This document shows, one piece after another, positions 32,360 through 43,950 of a stretch of 64,000 bases of DNA. This stretch comes from Escherichia coli (GTDB taxonomy: Bacteria; Pseudomonadota; Gammaproteobacteria; Enterobacterales; Enterobacteriaceae): assembly GCF_003334255.1 (NCBI RefSeq), contig NZ_QOWU01000013.1. One strand, written 5' to 3'. Each line of letters begins with the position of its first letter. Within the stretch, counting starts at the first letter, position 1. The notes below the pieces were generated by a model, which did no database searches, had not been told where the DNA came from, and saw only the letters and a program-made list of their open reading frames with translations. The position numbers were made by a program, and so were the translations under genes.

Positions 32360-33526
32360 GTGAAAAACTATAAAGTTATTACCCCGCTTTTTCCTACCTA
32401 TGCACAGGTTAAAGCTATGATGAAAGCCGTCTCAGGCTATTCCCTGAAAGCGGTACGCAATATGATTACCGCCATTCACGAGCAAACCGGTACGCCGCAA
32501 AAACCCGTTGACTGGTCGGAACCCGACCTGTGGATCAGCGAGCGCTTAACGGGTGAAGATGCCGACATCGCCCGTCGTATTTGGGATACCGATAATCACA
32601 TCTTGAACCCGCGCCACAGCTACGGCTGCTACTTATTCCTCAACTATCCCCAGTTTGATCTGATGGAAAGCACACCAGATGATACCTGGCAGCCCACCTC
32701 GCACGGGCAAAAATTCCTGCAAGATGACGAAAAAACGCTGCGTTCACTGGACGATCAGGAAGGCATTCTGCAACTTCTTGAACTATTAGCTGGCCGCGAA
32801 ATGTCGCGCCGCGCCGATTTATTGCCGGAATGGCAGGCCTTTTTGCATCAGCATTCGAAATTCGCGTCTGCAAGTTCAGTGAAAAGCACGCTCTACTCCC
32901 GTCTCTATAACCTTATCGACCGTGACATGGTTAACCGTGAAGGCATGAGCTATCGCATCACCGATACCGGGCGCGCCTGACTTGGAAAAGCGTTACCTGC
33001 ACGAAAAAGCGATCCGCGTAAAGAGCTGTTGGAAGCGGTAAAACGCTATAACGAACAGCAAAAAGAGCTGCTGCGCGAACAAATCAGCACGATGAACCCG
33101 TACAAATTTGAACAACTGGTCGGTCAATTACTGGAAGCAATGGGCTACGAGCAGGTCGAAGTGACCAAAGCCTCTGGCGATAAAGGCGTGGACGTGATTG
33201 GTCAGGTGCAGGTCGGCATCACCACCATTACAGAAGTGGTGCAGGTCAAAAGAATGCAGAACACTATCACTCGCCCGTATATCGACCAGTTGCGCGGGGC
33301 GTTGCCTTACCACAAAGCCATTCGCGGTACGCTCATCACCACCGGGAAATTTGCGGCGAAATGTGCAGAAGCGGCGCTCTTTCCGGGTGCCGCGCCCATT
33401 ACGCTTATCGACGGCGATCGTTTACTGGAACTGTTAATCGAAAATAACGTCGGCATTCGCCGCAGCAATGCAGTGGAATTGCTGGATGTAGATTTGCAGT
33501 TGTTTGATGAGCTGGAGATGGATTAA
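32360..33526 (+). pseudogene. Mrr-family restriction endonuclease gene interrupted by an in-frame TGA
   Basis: One reading frame from the GTG at 32360 to 33526, broken only by TGA at 32978-32980; the C-terminal part (...GDKGVDVIGQVQ...VQVKRMQNTITRPYIDQL...TTGKF...) is a typical Mrr catalytic domain, and translation across the stop reads as a continuous linker. Confidence 0.65.
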
Positions 33527-33589
33527 AGGGCGAAATCCGCCGCCTCAACCATTACAATAGCGACCCAATTTATCTGAACAGAGTTCATC

Positions 33590-35198
<1,609 letters not shown>

Positions 35199-35209
<11 letters not shown>

Positions 35210-36590
35210 TGGCTTCAAGTTACCTCTAGGATGGAATTGTAAAAAACTGGTTGATTGTACAAAGGAGGGAAATATCTCTTATGGTATTGTTCAACCAGGT
35301 CAGCATCAAGAAGATGGCATTGGTATTATTCGTGTAAATAATATACAAAATGGAAATATTTACATAGACGATGTTCTGAAGGTTTCTCATGAAATAGAAA
35401 GTAAATTTGCCAAAACTAGGTTAGAAGGAGGAGAAGTACTTTTAACACTAGTGGGTTCCACTGGAATTAGCGCCATTACAACTAAAGCACTACAGGGATG
35501 GAATGTTGCTCGTGCCGTAGCCGTAATTAAGCCATGCGATGAAATAAGTGCAGAGTGGATACATATTTGCCTCCAATCACCTTTTACAAAATATTTTTTG
35601 GATTCCAGAGCTAATACTACTGTTCAGAAAACTCTCAATCTCAAAGACGTGAAAGAAATTCCATTACCAATTCCTCCACATGAGGAAAGAGTAAGTCTTG
35701 AGAAAATTTACTTCAATTTTGAGAATAGAATAAACTTAAATATAAAAATTAATAAAATCCTAGAAGAAATGTCACAAAACCTGTTCAAATCCTGGTTTGT
35801 AGATTTTGATCCGGTGGTTGATAACGCTCTGGATGCAGGAAACCCAATTCCGGAAGCCCTGCAATCTCGCGCCGAATTGCGTCAAAAAGTACGTAATAGT
35901 GCAGATTTTAAACCGCTTCCGGCGGAAATCCGCTCGCTTTTCCCAAGTGAATTTGAAGAAACGGAGTTGGGTTGGATGCCAAAGGGATGGCAAATTAAAT
36001 CATTAGATCATATTGCTAATTTCCAGAATGGTTTGGCTTTACAAAAATTTAGGCCGAAGAATATGGAGGATGATTATTTACCTGTATTAAAAATAGCAGA
36101 TCTCCGAGCAGGACAAATAACTAATGACGAACGAGCAAGAACTGATATTTCTGATAGTTGTAAGGTGTATGACGGCGATATGATTTTCTCATGGTCGGGG
36201 ACTTTGATGATCGATATTTGGACTGGTGGGAATGCTGCATTAAATCAGCATTTATATAAGGTCACATCAAAAAAATACCCACAATCTTTTTATTTTATGT
36301 GGACAATACAGCATCTTTCAAGATTTCAACATATTGCAGAGGCAAAAGCGGTAACAATGGGGCACATCAAAAAAGGAGATTTAAGTAACTCTTTCTGTCT
36401 AATTCCTACTTCATCGTTGATTACTAAATATGATAATATCGTTGGAGGATATTTAGCGAAGATTAAAAATCAAAGATTGTTAAATAACCAAATGACCGCC
36501 CTACGCGACACCCTGCTCCCGAAACTCATCTCCGGCGAGCTATCCCTGGACGATATTCCGGATCTCAACACCGATACAGAAGCTGCATAA
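35199..36590 (+). CDS. hsdS: Type I restriction-modification specificity subunit HsdS
   Basis: 463 aa; ATG overlaps the hsdM stop by 11 nt (GGAGGGG ribosome-binding site); two AT-rich variable regions separated by GC-richer conserved central and C-terminal segments. Confidence 0.85.
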
Positions 36591-36684
36591 CGCATTTTGC
36601 CCCTGTAAAATCAGGGGCTTTCTGGTAAGGTTTTCTACTGATACGGGAATGCTTACCAGAAATTAGCCAGGGTTGGAGCGCGAT

Positions 36685-39600
36685 ATGAGTCTCTCTTTCA
36701 GTGAAGCAAAATTAGAACAAGCGATCATTGAACTGTTACAGGATCAGGGATATCAACACCTGATCGGCGATAATGTCCCACGTTCGACTCTCGATCAGGT
36801 CATTATCGAAGACGATCTCCGTCATTATTTAGCGGCACGCTACCAGCCTGATGGCATTACTGAAGAAGAGATTCAGCGACTGATCAAACAGTTCACCACG
36901 CTTCCGGCCTCCGATCTTTATGAAAGCAACAAAACATTTTGTCGCTGGCTGGCAAATGGTTTTCTGTTCAAACGCGACGATCGGCAAAAAAAAGATCTCT
37001 ATATTGAATTGCTCGACACCCGGCATCTACCTGCCGCACTGCGCCAGATATTTGACGCTGAAGATGTCCCGTTGCAACAGGCGGCGGAACTCCCGCCCTC
37101 CTATATTAATCCGCCGCTTAACCGGATTAAGATTGTTAACCAGCTTAAAATCTCCGGTAAAGATAATCAGACTCGTATTCCTGACGGCATTCTCTATATC
37201 AACGGTCTGCCACTGGTCGTCTTTGAATTTAAAAGCGCGGTGCGCGAGCAGGAAGCCAATATAGGCGATGCCTGGAAGCAGCTCTGCAAACGCTATCGCC
37301 GGGATATTCCGCAACTGTTTATCTACAACGCGCTCTGCATTATTAGCGATGGTGTAAATAACCGGATGGGCAACCTGTTTGCGCCCTATGAATACTTTTA
37401 CTCATGGCGCAAAGTCACCGGTAATGAAAACCGTGAACAGGACGGAATTCCATCATTGCACTCAATGATTCAGGGACTGTTTCATCCGGTACGTCTGTTG
37501 GATGTGATTAAAAACTTTATCTGCTTCCCGGATAAAGCCAAGCACGAAGTAAAAATTTGCTGCCGATATCCGCAGTACTATGCCGCCCGCAAACTCTATT
37601 ACAGCATCAAGCAAGCGCGTAAACCTTTCGGTAGCGGTAAAGGCGGTACCTACTTTGGCGCAACGGGCTGCGGAAAAAGCTACACCATGCAATTTTTAAC
37701 CCGCCTGTTAATGAAAAGCGTGGAGTTTGCCAGCCCGACCATTGTTTTGATCACCGACCGTACCGATCTGGACGATCAGCTTTCTGCGCAAATGTGCAAC
37801 GCCAAAAATTACATTGGCGATGACACCATCGTTCCCGTTACCAGCCGTGAAGATTTGCGTAATCAACTGGCGGGACGCAATAGTGGCGGTGTATTCCTGA
37901 CAACGATCCATAAATTCACCGAAGACACCGAACTCCTTTCTGAACGCAGCAATATCATTTGCATCTCGGACGAAGCACATCGCAGTCAGGTTAACCTCGA
38001 CCAGAAAGTCATCGTCGATAAAGAAAGCGGAAAAGTGCGCAAAACTTATGGCTTTGCGAAATACCTGCACGATTCACTGCCAAACGCCACCTATGTTGGC
38101 TTTACCGGAACTCCGATTGACGCAACACTCGATGTCTTCGGTGAGGTGATCGACAGTTACACCATGACCGAATCCGTTCAGGATGAAATCACTGTACGCA
38201 TCGTGTACGAAGGCCGTGCGGCTAAAGTGATCCTGGACTCCAGCAAACTGGAAGAAGTCGAAAAGTATTACGAAGAGTGCGCAAACGCAGGCACCAATGA
38301 GTGGCAAATCGACGAAAGCAAAAAAGCCACCGCAACCATGAATGCGGTACTGGGTGATGAAGATCGGTTAAAAGCCCTCGCGGAAGATTTTGCCAAACAT
38401 TATGAAAAACGCGTAGCCGAAGGTTCCACCGTAAAAGGCAAAGCCATGTTTGTTTGTGCCAGCCGTGAAATTGCCTGGGATTTCTACCGCCAGCTTAAAG
38501 TTATTCGCCCTGCCTGGTTTGAAGTGAAGCAAGCCCCCGATGGCGTCGTCCTGACGGAACAGGAGCAGAAAGAGTTACCGCCTTCTGAAATGGTGAAGAT
38601 GGTCATGACGCGCGGTAAAGATGACGACGAGGCGCTTTATGATTTACTGGGCACAAAAGAATATCGCAAAGAGCTGGATAAGCAGTTCAAAAACGCTAAA
38701 TCGAATTTCAAAATTGCCATTGTTGTTGATATGTGGCTGACCGGTTTTGATGTTCCTGAACTGGATACCATCTATATTGATAAGCCCTTACAAAAACATA
38801 ACCTTATCCAGACTATTTCTCGCGTTAACCGTAAACTGGAAGGCAAAAGCAAAGGGTTAGTAGTGGACTACATCGGCATTAAGAGTCAGATGAACCAGGC
38901 ACTGGCAATGTATTCCCGCATTGATGCCACCAACTTTGAAGATATTCAGCAATCGGTAATAGAAGTTAAAAACCATCTCGATTTGTTGGGGCAAGTATTT
39001 TATGAATTCGACAGTCGGGATTATTTTAGTGGTGAGCCACAAGCGCAATTATCCTGCCTCAACCGCGCGGCGGAATTTGTTCTGCGCACTCAGAAAGTTG
39101 AACGTCGTTTTATGGGACTGGTTAAACGCATGAAAGCCGCCTACGACGTCTGCTGCGGCAGTGAAGCACTATCACAGACAGAACGTGATCATATTCACTA
39201 TTATCTTGCTGTTCGTTCAATTGTTTTCAAACTGACGAAAGGTGACGCACCGGATGTCACCCAGATGAATGCACGCGTTCGTGAAATGATTGCAGAAGCG
39301 CTAAAAGCTGATGGCGTAGAAGAAATTTATTTTCTTGGCGATAAAAAAGCGGAATCCATCGATATTTTTGACGAAGATTATCTGGCGCGAATTAACAAGA
39401 TCAAACTTCCGGCAACGAAGATCCAGTTATTACAAAAATTACTGGAAAAAGCGATCAGCGACTTCAAGAAAGTGAACCAGTTGCAAGGGATTAACTTCAC
39501 CCGCCGCTTCCAGGCGATTATAGATCGTTATAATGAGCGGCGAGAAGATGATGTACTCAACGGTGAAGAATTCGATACATTCAGTCAGGAAATGACCGAT

Positions 39601-39948
39601 ATTATCTATGATATTAAAACCGAAATGGGCACATGGGCCGATTTAGGTATTGATATTGAAGAAAAAGCGTTTTTCGACATTCTTGCTCATATGCGCGATA
39701 AATATCAGTTCACCTATGACGATGAAAAAATGCTGTCACTGGCAAAAGAGATGAAAAGCGTGGTTGACAACACATCGAAATATCCTGACTGGAGTAAACG
39801 CGATGATATTAAAGCGAAACTGAAAGTTGAACTTATTCTGCTTCTACACAAGCATAAGTTCCCGCCAGTAGCAAATGATGATGTTTATATGGGTGTGCTG
39901 GCACAGGCAGAGAATTTTAAAGAACATCATATGAGTGCTTTAAATTAA
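36685..39948 (+). CDS. hsdR: Type I restriction endonuclease subunit HsdR (helicase-nuclease)
   Basis: About 1087 aa from the ATG at 36685 (GGAG ribosome-binding site; ORF track starts at TTG 36673); Walker A GATGCGKS and DEAH box ISDEAHRSQ. Confidence 0.9.
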   Translation: MSLSFSEAKLEQAIIELLQDQGYQHLIGDNVPRSTLDQVIIEDDLRHYLAARYQPDGITEEEIQRLIKQFTTLPASDLYESNKTFCRWLANGFLFKRDDRQKKDLYIELLDTRHLPAALRQIFDAEDVPLQQAAELPPSYINPPLNRIKIVNQLKISGKDNQTRIPDGILYINGLPLVVFEFKSAVREQEANIGDAWKQLCKRYRRDIPQLFIYNALCIISDGVNNRMGNLFAPYEYFYSWRKVTGNENREQDGIPSLHSMIQGLFHPVRLLDVIKNFICFPDKAKHEVKICCRYPQYYAARKLYYSIKQARKPFGSGKGGTYFGATGCGKSYTMQFLTRLLMKSVEFASPTIVLITDRTDLDDQLSAQMCNAKNYIGDDTIVPVTSREDLRNQLAGRNSGGVFLTTIHKFTEDTELLSERSNIICISDEAHRSQVNLDQKVIVDKESGKVRKTYGFAKYLHDSLPNATYVGFTGTPIDATLDVFGEVIDSYTMTESVQDEITVRIVYEGRAAKVILDSSKLEEVEKYYEECANAGTNEWQIDESKKATATMNAVLGDEDRLKALAEDFAKHYEKRVAEGSTVKGKAMFVCASREIAWDFYRQLKVIRPAWFEVKQAPDGVVLTEQEQKELPPSEMVKMVMTRGKDDDEALYDLLGTKEYRKELDKQFKNAKSNFKIAIVVDMWLTGFDVPELDTIYIDKPLQKHNLIQTISRVNRKLEGKSKGLVVDYIGIKSQMNQALAMYSRIDATNFEDIQQSVIEVKNHLDLLGQVFYEFDSRDYFSGEPQAQLSCLNRAAEFVLRTQKVERRFMGLVKRMKAAYDVCCGSEALSQTERDHIHYYLAVRSIVFKLTKGDAPDVTQMNARVREMIAEALKADGVEEIYFLGDKKAESIDIFDEDYLARINKIKLPATKIQLLQKLLEKAISDFKKVNQLQGINFTRRFQAIIDRYNERREDDVLNGEEFDTFSQEMTDIIYDIKTEMGTWADLGIDIEEKAFFDILAHMRDKYQFTYDDEKMLSLAKEMKSVVDNTSKYPDWSKRDDIKAKLKVELILLLHKHKFPPVANDDVYMGVLAQAENFKEHHMSALN

Positions 39949-40070
39949 TTATGAAGGCCGGATACACTTTGTTATCCGGCCATTCTGAATTAACGTTAAT
40001 TTCTCTTCCAGATCTTTCCAGTAACGCTTTTATTATTTTCTATTTTTAGCTGGACTTCCCCCCATATTTA

Positions 40071-40086
40071 CTGATGATATATCCAG
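40071..40086 (+). promoter_or_regulatory. LexA box upstream of symE
   Basis: CTGATGATATATCCAG, i.e. CTG-N10-CAG with an AT-rich centre, close to the LexA consensus CTGT-N8-ACAG; about 80 bp upstream of symE. Confidence 0.55.
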
Positions 40087-40109
40087 GTATTTAGCGCGGT
40101 GCGGATGTG

Positions 40110-40190
40110 CGCCAACACACCCGCACCGCTCATCACAATCACTATTTATGGAGAATAGTAATCATGACTGACACGCATTCTATTGCACAA
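40110..40190 (-). ncRNA. symR: Candidate SymR antisense sRNA (coordinates approximate)
   Basis: Placed by established knowledge that a roughly 77-nt antisense RNA overlaps the symE 5' UTR and start; an inverted repeat gcggtgcgg...ccgcaccgc (40095-40129) lies at the predicted 3' end. Not independently detectable from sequence alone. Confidence 0.3.
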
Positions 40191-40502
40191 CCGTTCGAAC
40201 CAGAAGTCTCTCCTGCAAATAACCGTCAATTAACCGTGAGCTATGCGAGCCGCTACCCGGATTACAGCCGTATTCCCGCCATCACCCTGAAAGGTCAGTG
40301 GCTGGAAGCCGCCGGTTTTGCCACCGGCACTGTGGTAGATGTCAAAGTGATGGAAGGCTGTATTGTCCTCACCGCCCAACCACCCGCCGCCGAAGAGGGC
40401 GAACTGATGCAGTCGCTGCGCCAGGTGTGCAAACTGTCGGCGCGTAAACAAAGGCAGGTGCAGGATTTTATTGGGGTGATTAGTAGCAAAACGCCACGCT
40501 AA
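40164..40502 (+). CDS. symE: SOS-induced toxin-like protein SymE
   Basis: 112 aa from the ATG at 40164 ([52 protein letters not shown]...); LexA box upstream. Confidence 0.85.
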   Translation: MTDTHSIAQPFEPEVSPANNRQLTVSYASRYPDYSRIPAITLKGQWLEAAGFATGTVVDVKVMEGCIVLTAQPPAAEEGELMQSLRQVCKLSARKQRQVQDFIGVISSKTPR

Positions 40503-40543
40503 GTTTCTCTCCCCTTCCCCATACGGGAAGGGAAATTGCCCCC

Positions 40544-40708
40544 TCACTCCACATCCTCCCTGCGTAACCCGATATCCCTCAACCGCTCATCACTCATCTG
40601 CTGTAACACCCGCCGGGCCTGCATTTGCCGCCGCCAACGCCTCACCGCCTGCCAGAGTTGCACGAAGCCGATAAACGGCGCGTTGGCTTTGTTTTCGTGA
40701 AATTCCAT
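40544..40708 (-). CDS. yjiS: Small DUF1127-family protein
   Basis: 54-aa ORF absent from the ORF track (below its length cutoff): MEFHENKANAPFIGFVQLWQAVRRWRRQMQARRVLQQMSDERLRDIGLRREDVE, with GAGGAGG ribosome-binding site 6 nt upstream; divergent from yjiR. Confidence 0.75.
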   Translation of the reverse strand: MEFHENKANAPFIGFVQLWQAVRRWRRQMQARRVLQQMSDERLRDIGLRREDVE

Positions 40709-40884
40709 CTGCTGCCTCCTCATCTTTCAGAGGCTTCATCATCCGCCTTCTGGCAGTTCACAATACAGATGCAAATATTAGTTTTATTTAACATACAGAC
40801 AGGTTAAAACAGCATCTGCATCCGGTTTTTTAGCCTCATCTGTACCGGTTTTTCTCTCTGTATGGTCCAAATAAGGAATACAGC

Positions 40885-42297
40885 ATGACGCGTTATCAAC
40901 ATCTGGCAACTCTGCTTGCCGAGCGGATTGAGCAAGGGCTGTATCGTCACGGGGAGAAATTGCCGTCGGTGCGCAGCTTAAGTCAGGAGCACGGCGTCAG
41001 CATCAGCACCGTGCAGCAGGCGTATCAGACGCTGGAGACGATGAAGCTCATCACTCCGCAGCCGCGTTCGGGGTATTTTGTCGCACAACGTAAAGCCCAG
41101 CCGCCAGTGCCGCCGATGACGCGTCCGGTGCAGCGCCCGGTGGAAATTACCCAGTGGGATCAGGTGCTGGATATGCTGGAGGCGCATAGCGACAGTTCCA
41201 TTGTTCCGTTAAGCAAAAGCACGCCGGATGTCGAAACGCCCAGCCTGAAACCGCTCTGGCGGGAGCTAAGCCGGGTGGTGCAGCATAATCTGCAAACCGT
41301 TCTCGGTTATGACTTGTTAGCCGGTCAGCGAGTGTTGCGGGAGCAGATTGCCCGCCTGATGCTCGACAGTGGCTCGGTGGTCACCGCCGATGACATCATC
41401 ATCACCAGCGGCTGCCATAACTCGATGTCGCTGGCGTTAATGGCGGTGTGTAAACCGGGCGATATTGTCGCGGTCGAATCCCCCTGTTATTACGGTTCGA
41501 TGCAGATGCTGCGTGGCATGGGCGTGAAAGTGATTGAAATCCCAACCGATCCAGAAACAGGCATCAGCGTTGAAGCGCTGGAACTGGCGCTGGAACAGTG
41601 GCCGATTAAAGGCATCATTCTGGTGCCAAACTGTAATAATCCGCTGGGATTTATTATGCCGGACGCGCGCAAACGGGCCGTTCTCTCTCTCGCTCAGCGT
41701 CATGATATTGTGATTTTTGAAGATGATGTCTACGGCGAACTGGCAACGGAGTATCCGCGCCCGCGGACCATTCATTCCTGGGATATCGACGGGCGAGTGC
41801 TGTTGTGCAGCTCGTTCAGTAAAAGCATTGCACCTGGCCTGCGCGTGGGTTGGGTCGCACCGGGGCGTTATCACGATAAACTGATGCATATGAAATACGC
41901 CATCAGCAGCTTTAATGTGCCGTCCACGCAAATGGCGGCGGCAACGTTTGTGCTGGAAGGTCACTATCATCGCCATATCCGGCGGATGCGGCAGACTTAT
42001 CAGCGCAATCTGGCACTTTATACCTGCTGGATACGGGAATATTTTCCCTGCGAAATCTGTATTACGCGCCCGAAAGGCGGATTTTTACTGTGGATAGAAT
42101 TGCCTGAACAGGTCGATATGGTCTGCGTCGCGCGGCAGCTGTGCCGCATGAAAATCCAGGTGGCGGCAGGCTCGATTTTCTCGGCTTCCGGCAAATACCG
42201 TAATTGTCTGCGCATCAACTGCGCTTTGCCGCTCAGCGAAACCTATCGCGAAGCACTGAAGCAAATTGGCGAAGCCGTGTATCGGGCAATGGAATGA
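40885..42297 (+). CDS. yjiR: MocR/GntR-family regulator with aminotransferase-like (PLP) domain
   Basis: 470 aa; N-terminal GntR HTH (LPSVRSLSQEHGVSISTVQQAYQTLE) followed by a large aminotransferase-like domain; AAGGAA ribosome-binding site. Confidence 0.9.
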   Translation: MTRYQHLATLLAERIEQGLYRHGEKLPSVRSLSQEHGVSISTVQQAYQTLETMKLITPQPRSGYFVAQRKAQPPVPPMTRPVQRPVEITQWDQVLDMLEAHSDSSIVPLSKSTPDVETPSLKPLWRELSRVVQHNLQTVLGYDLLAGQRVLREQIARLMLDSGSVVTADDIIITSGCHNSMSLALMAVCKPGDIVAVESPCYYGSMQMLRGMGVKVIEIPTDPETGISVEALELALEQWPIKGIILVPNCNNPLGFIMPDARKRAVLSLAQRHDIVIFEDDVYGELATEYPRPRTIHSWDIDGRVLLCSSFSKSIAPGLRVGWVAPGRYHDKLMHMKYAISSFNVPSTQMAAATFVLEGHYHRHIRRMRQTYQRNLALYTCWIREYFPCEICITRPKGGFLLWIELPEQVDMVCVARQLCRMKIQVAAGSIFSASGKYRNCLRINCALPLSETYREALKQIGEAVYRAME

Positions 42298-42414
42298 ATT
42301 CGAAATAGTGGCGAGCCCCCTGATTTCCTCTCACGAATAGCGTGTGACTCGTTTTATCTTTGCAGGGTCATCTCCACGTTCCAGCATGGCTTAGGCAAAA
42401 TGCGCTTTGTTCAT

Positions 42415-42512
42415 GCCGGATGCCATGTGAACGCCTTACCAAGTCTACAAAATCTTTAAAGTTCAATATAGTGAATGGGTTATGTAGACCTGATAAGCGT
42501 AGCACATCAGGC
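42415..42512. repeat. REP-like palindromic elements downstream of yjiR
   Basis: gccggatgccatgtgaacgccttaccaagtctac and inverted tgtagacctgataagcgtagcacatcaggc. Confidence 0.5.
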
Positions 42513-42539
42513 TGCTTTGCGTTTGTCATCAGTCTCTGA

Positions 42540-43484
42540 TTAGTACTCGATCCATGGATCGCGCTTGCTTTCAGGCAAGGGTTGCTCTAATGCCTGCATT
42601 TGCTCTGCCGAAAGTCCGGTAATCTTTTGTATCCATTCAGGATCTGCCCCATTCTGCAACAACAATCGGAGGAGGTGCTGTTCCCCTTCTTCTTTCCCTT
42701 TTTCCATCCCCAACAGCCATCCATCATTATAAATTCGCTCTGCAATCGTCATTATTCGCTCCCTGTGTTGTGGCATTCGACGGGTAAGTTCGCTGATAAA
42801 CTTCTTAAAACGCGCTTCATCGCCAGTCAGTAAAATGTAATTTAACAGCGCGGTTATCTGGCTGTCATTAGCACACTCTGTAACCAGTAATAGTACCAGT
42901 TGATCGATAAGCCCCATCAGATCGCGCTGGCGAATATGCTTTTGGATCAACTCCAACAGGGCGACTCTGCGATGCTGCACAATCTCGTCGTCTGGCACGA
43001 CAGTGACATCCACCAGCGGGAACGCTGCGGTATAAAGCTTCCGTGCGGTGGTCGGGTCAGCAAATTCGTCCAGCCAGCACAGGGACCAGGGATAAGGACT
43101 ACGGCTACCGTGATAAAACAGCATCGGGATGACCAGCGGTAGCGGCCGGCGTTTATCATGCTCGATATGGCGCTGCATCACCGCCATGGAATATCGCATC
43201 AGGCGAAAGGCCATATGGATATCCTCGCGGCTCTGATGTTCAATCACCACATAAATATAGCCATCGCCTTCGCGGGTCTTTACCGACCACAGAATATCGG
43301 AATGTAGCGCCCGCAATTTTTCATCGACAAAGCTGGCGGATTCCAGTTTTAAGCTGTCGAGATCGCACAGTTCACGTAAATCTTTGGGTAAGTGGATCTC
43401 CATAAAATCCCGCGCGGTGTCAGGGTGCGTGAGAAAGGATTTAAATAATGCGTCATGCGGCGTGCTGGTTGTGAAGTTTGTCAT
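42540..43484 (-). CDS. rpnD: Rpn-family recombination-promoting nuclease (transposase_31-like), intact
   Basis: 314 aa ([36 protein letters not shown]...) typical of Rpn/YhgA-like proteins; corresponds to the locus recalled as split into yjiP/yjiQ in K-12. Confidence 0.8.
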   Translation of the reverse strand: MTNFTTSTPHDALFKSFLTHPDTARDFMEIHLPKDLRELCDLDSLKLESASFVDEKLRALHSDILWSVKTREGDGYIYVVIEHQSREDIHMAFRLMRYSMAVMQRHIEHDKRRPLPLVIPMLFYHGSRSPYPWSLCWLDEFADPTTARKLYTAAFPLVDVTVVPDDEIVQHRRVALLELIQKHIRQRDLMGLIDQLVLLLVTECANDSQITALLNYILLTGDEARFKKFISELTRRMPQHRERIMTIAERIYNDGWLLGMEKGKEEGEQHLLRLLLQNGADPEWIQKITGLSAEQMQALEQPLPESKRDPWIEY

Positions 43485-43950
43485 GGCGATCCGTCACCTG
43501 TAGATAAGATGGCCCGACTGTAGCGACTAACAAAACCATTCTCACCCGGCAATTTCCCATTCCCCGAGGTGCTTTCCAGGCTATTTTTGTTCCTCTGCAA
43601 ACGATACATTTTTCCGGAAACAGGCTCGCGTTTTACATTTCCTGTACCCGGCAGATATTCCCCTTTCCACCGCACTCTTTTGATTAACCGCAAATTTTAA
43701 TTACACTTAAGGTGTATATTTTCTATGCAACCCATCAATTCAAGAGGTGTAATGTGCTGATGACTATTTGTAATCGTTATACATTCTGACCTGGAGTCAG
43801 AAGGTATTTCTCTGTCTGTGTGTTCACAGGCAGTGTGGTTGATTACATGAAATTCAGTACATTTGTCCTTCTCGCCTGCCTTTCGTCATTACCGACGGTA
43901 TTGAATTTCGTTTTCCCCATTGGGGTTCTCCGGACAAGGAGTTGTTTGTT

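Noticed and set aside
33029-33526. Stand-alone 165-aa Mrr catalytic-domain gene
   Set aside because: The ORF begins only at a TTG with no ribosome-binding site and is in frame with the upstream 206-aa ORF across a single TGA; interpreted as the 3' part of one interrupted gene.
40503-40543. mcrB/mcrC (and yjiV/yjiT) between symE and yjiS
   Set aside because: Expected from the K-12 gene order but absent: only 41 bp separate symE and yjiS, and no AAA+ GTPase-like (McrB) ORF is present anywhere in the window.
42540-43484. Mobile element / IS call for the transposase-like rpnD
   Set aside because: No flanking terminal inverted repeats or target-site duplication were seen; Rpn proteins are chromosomal transposase_31-family nucleases, not active IS elements.
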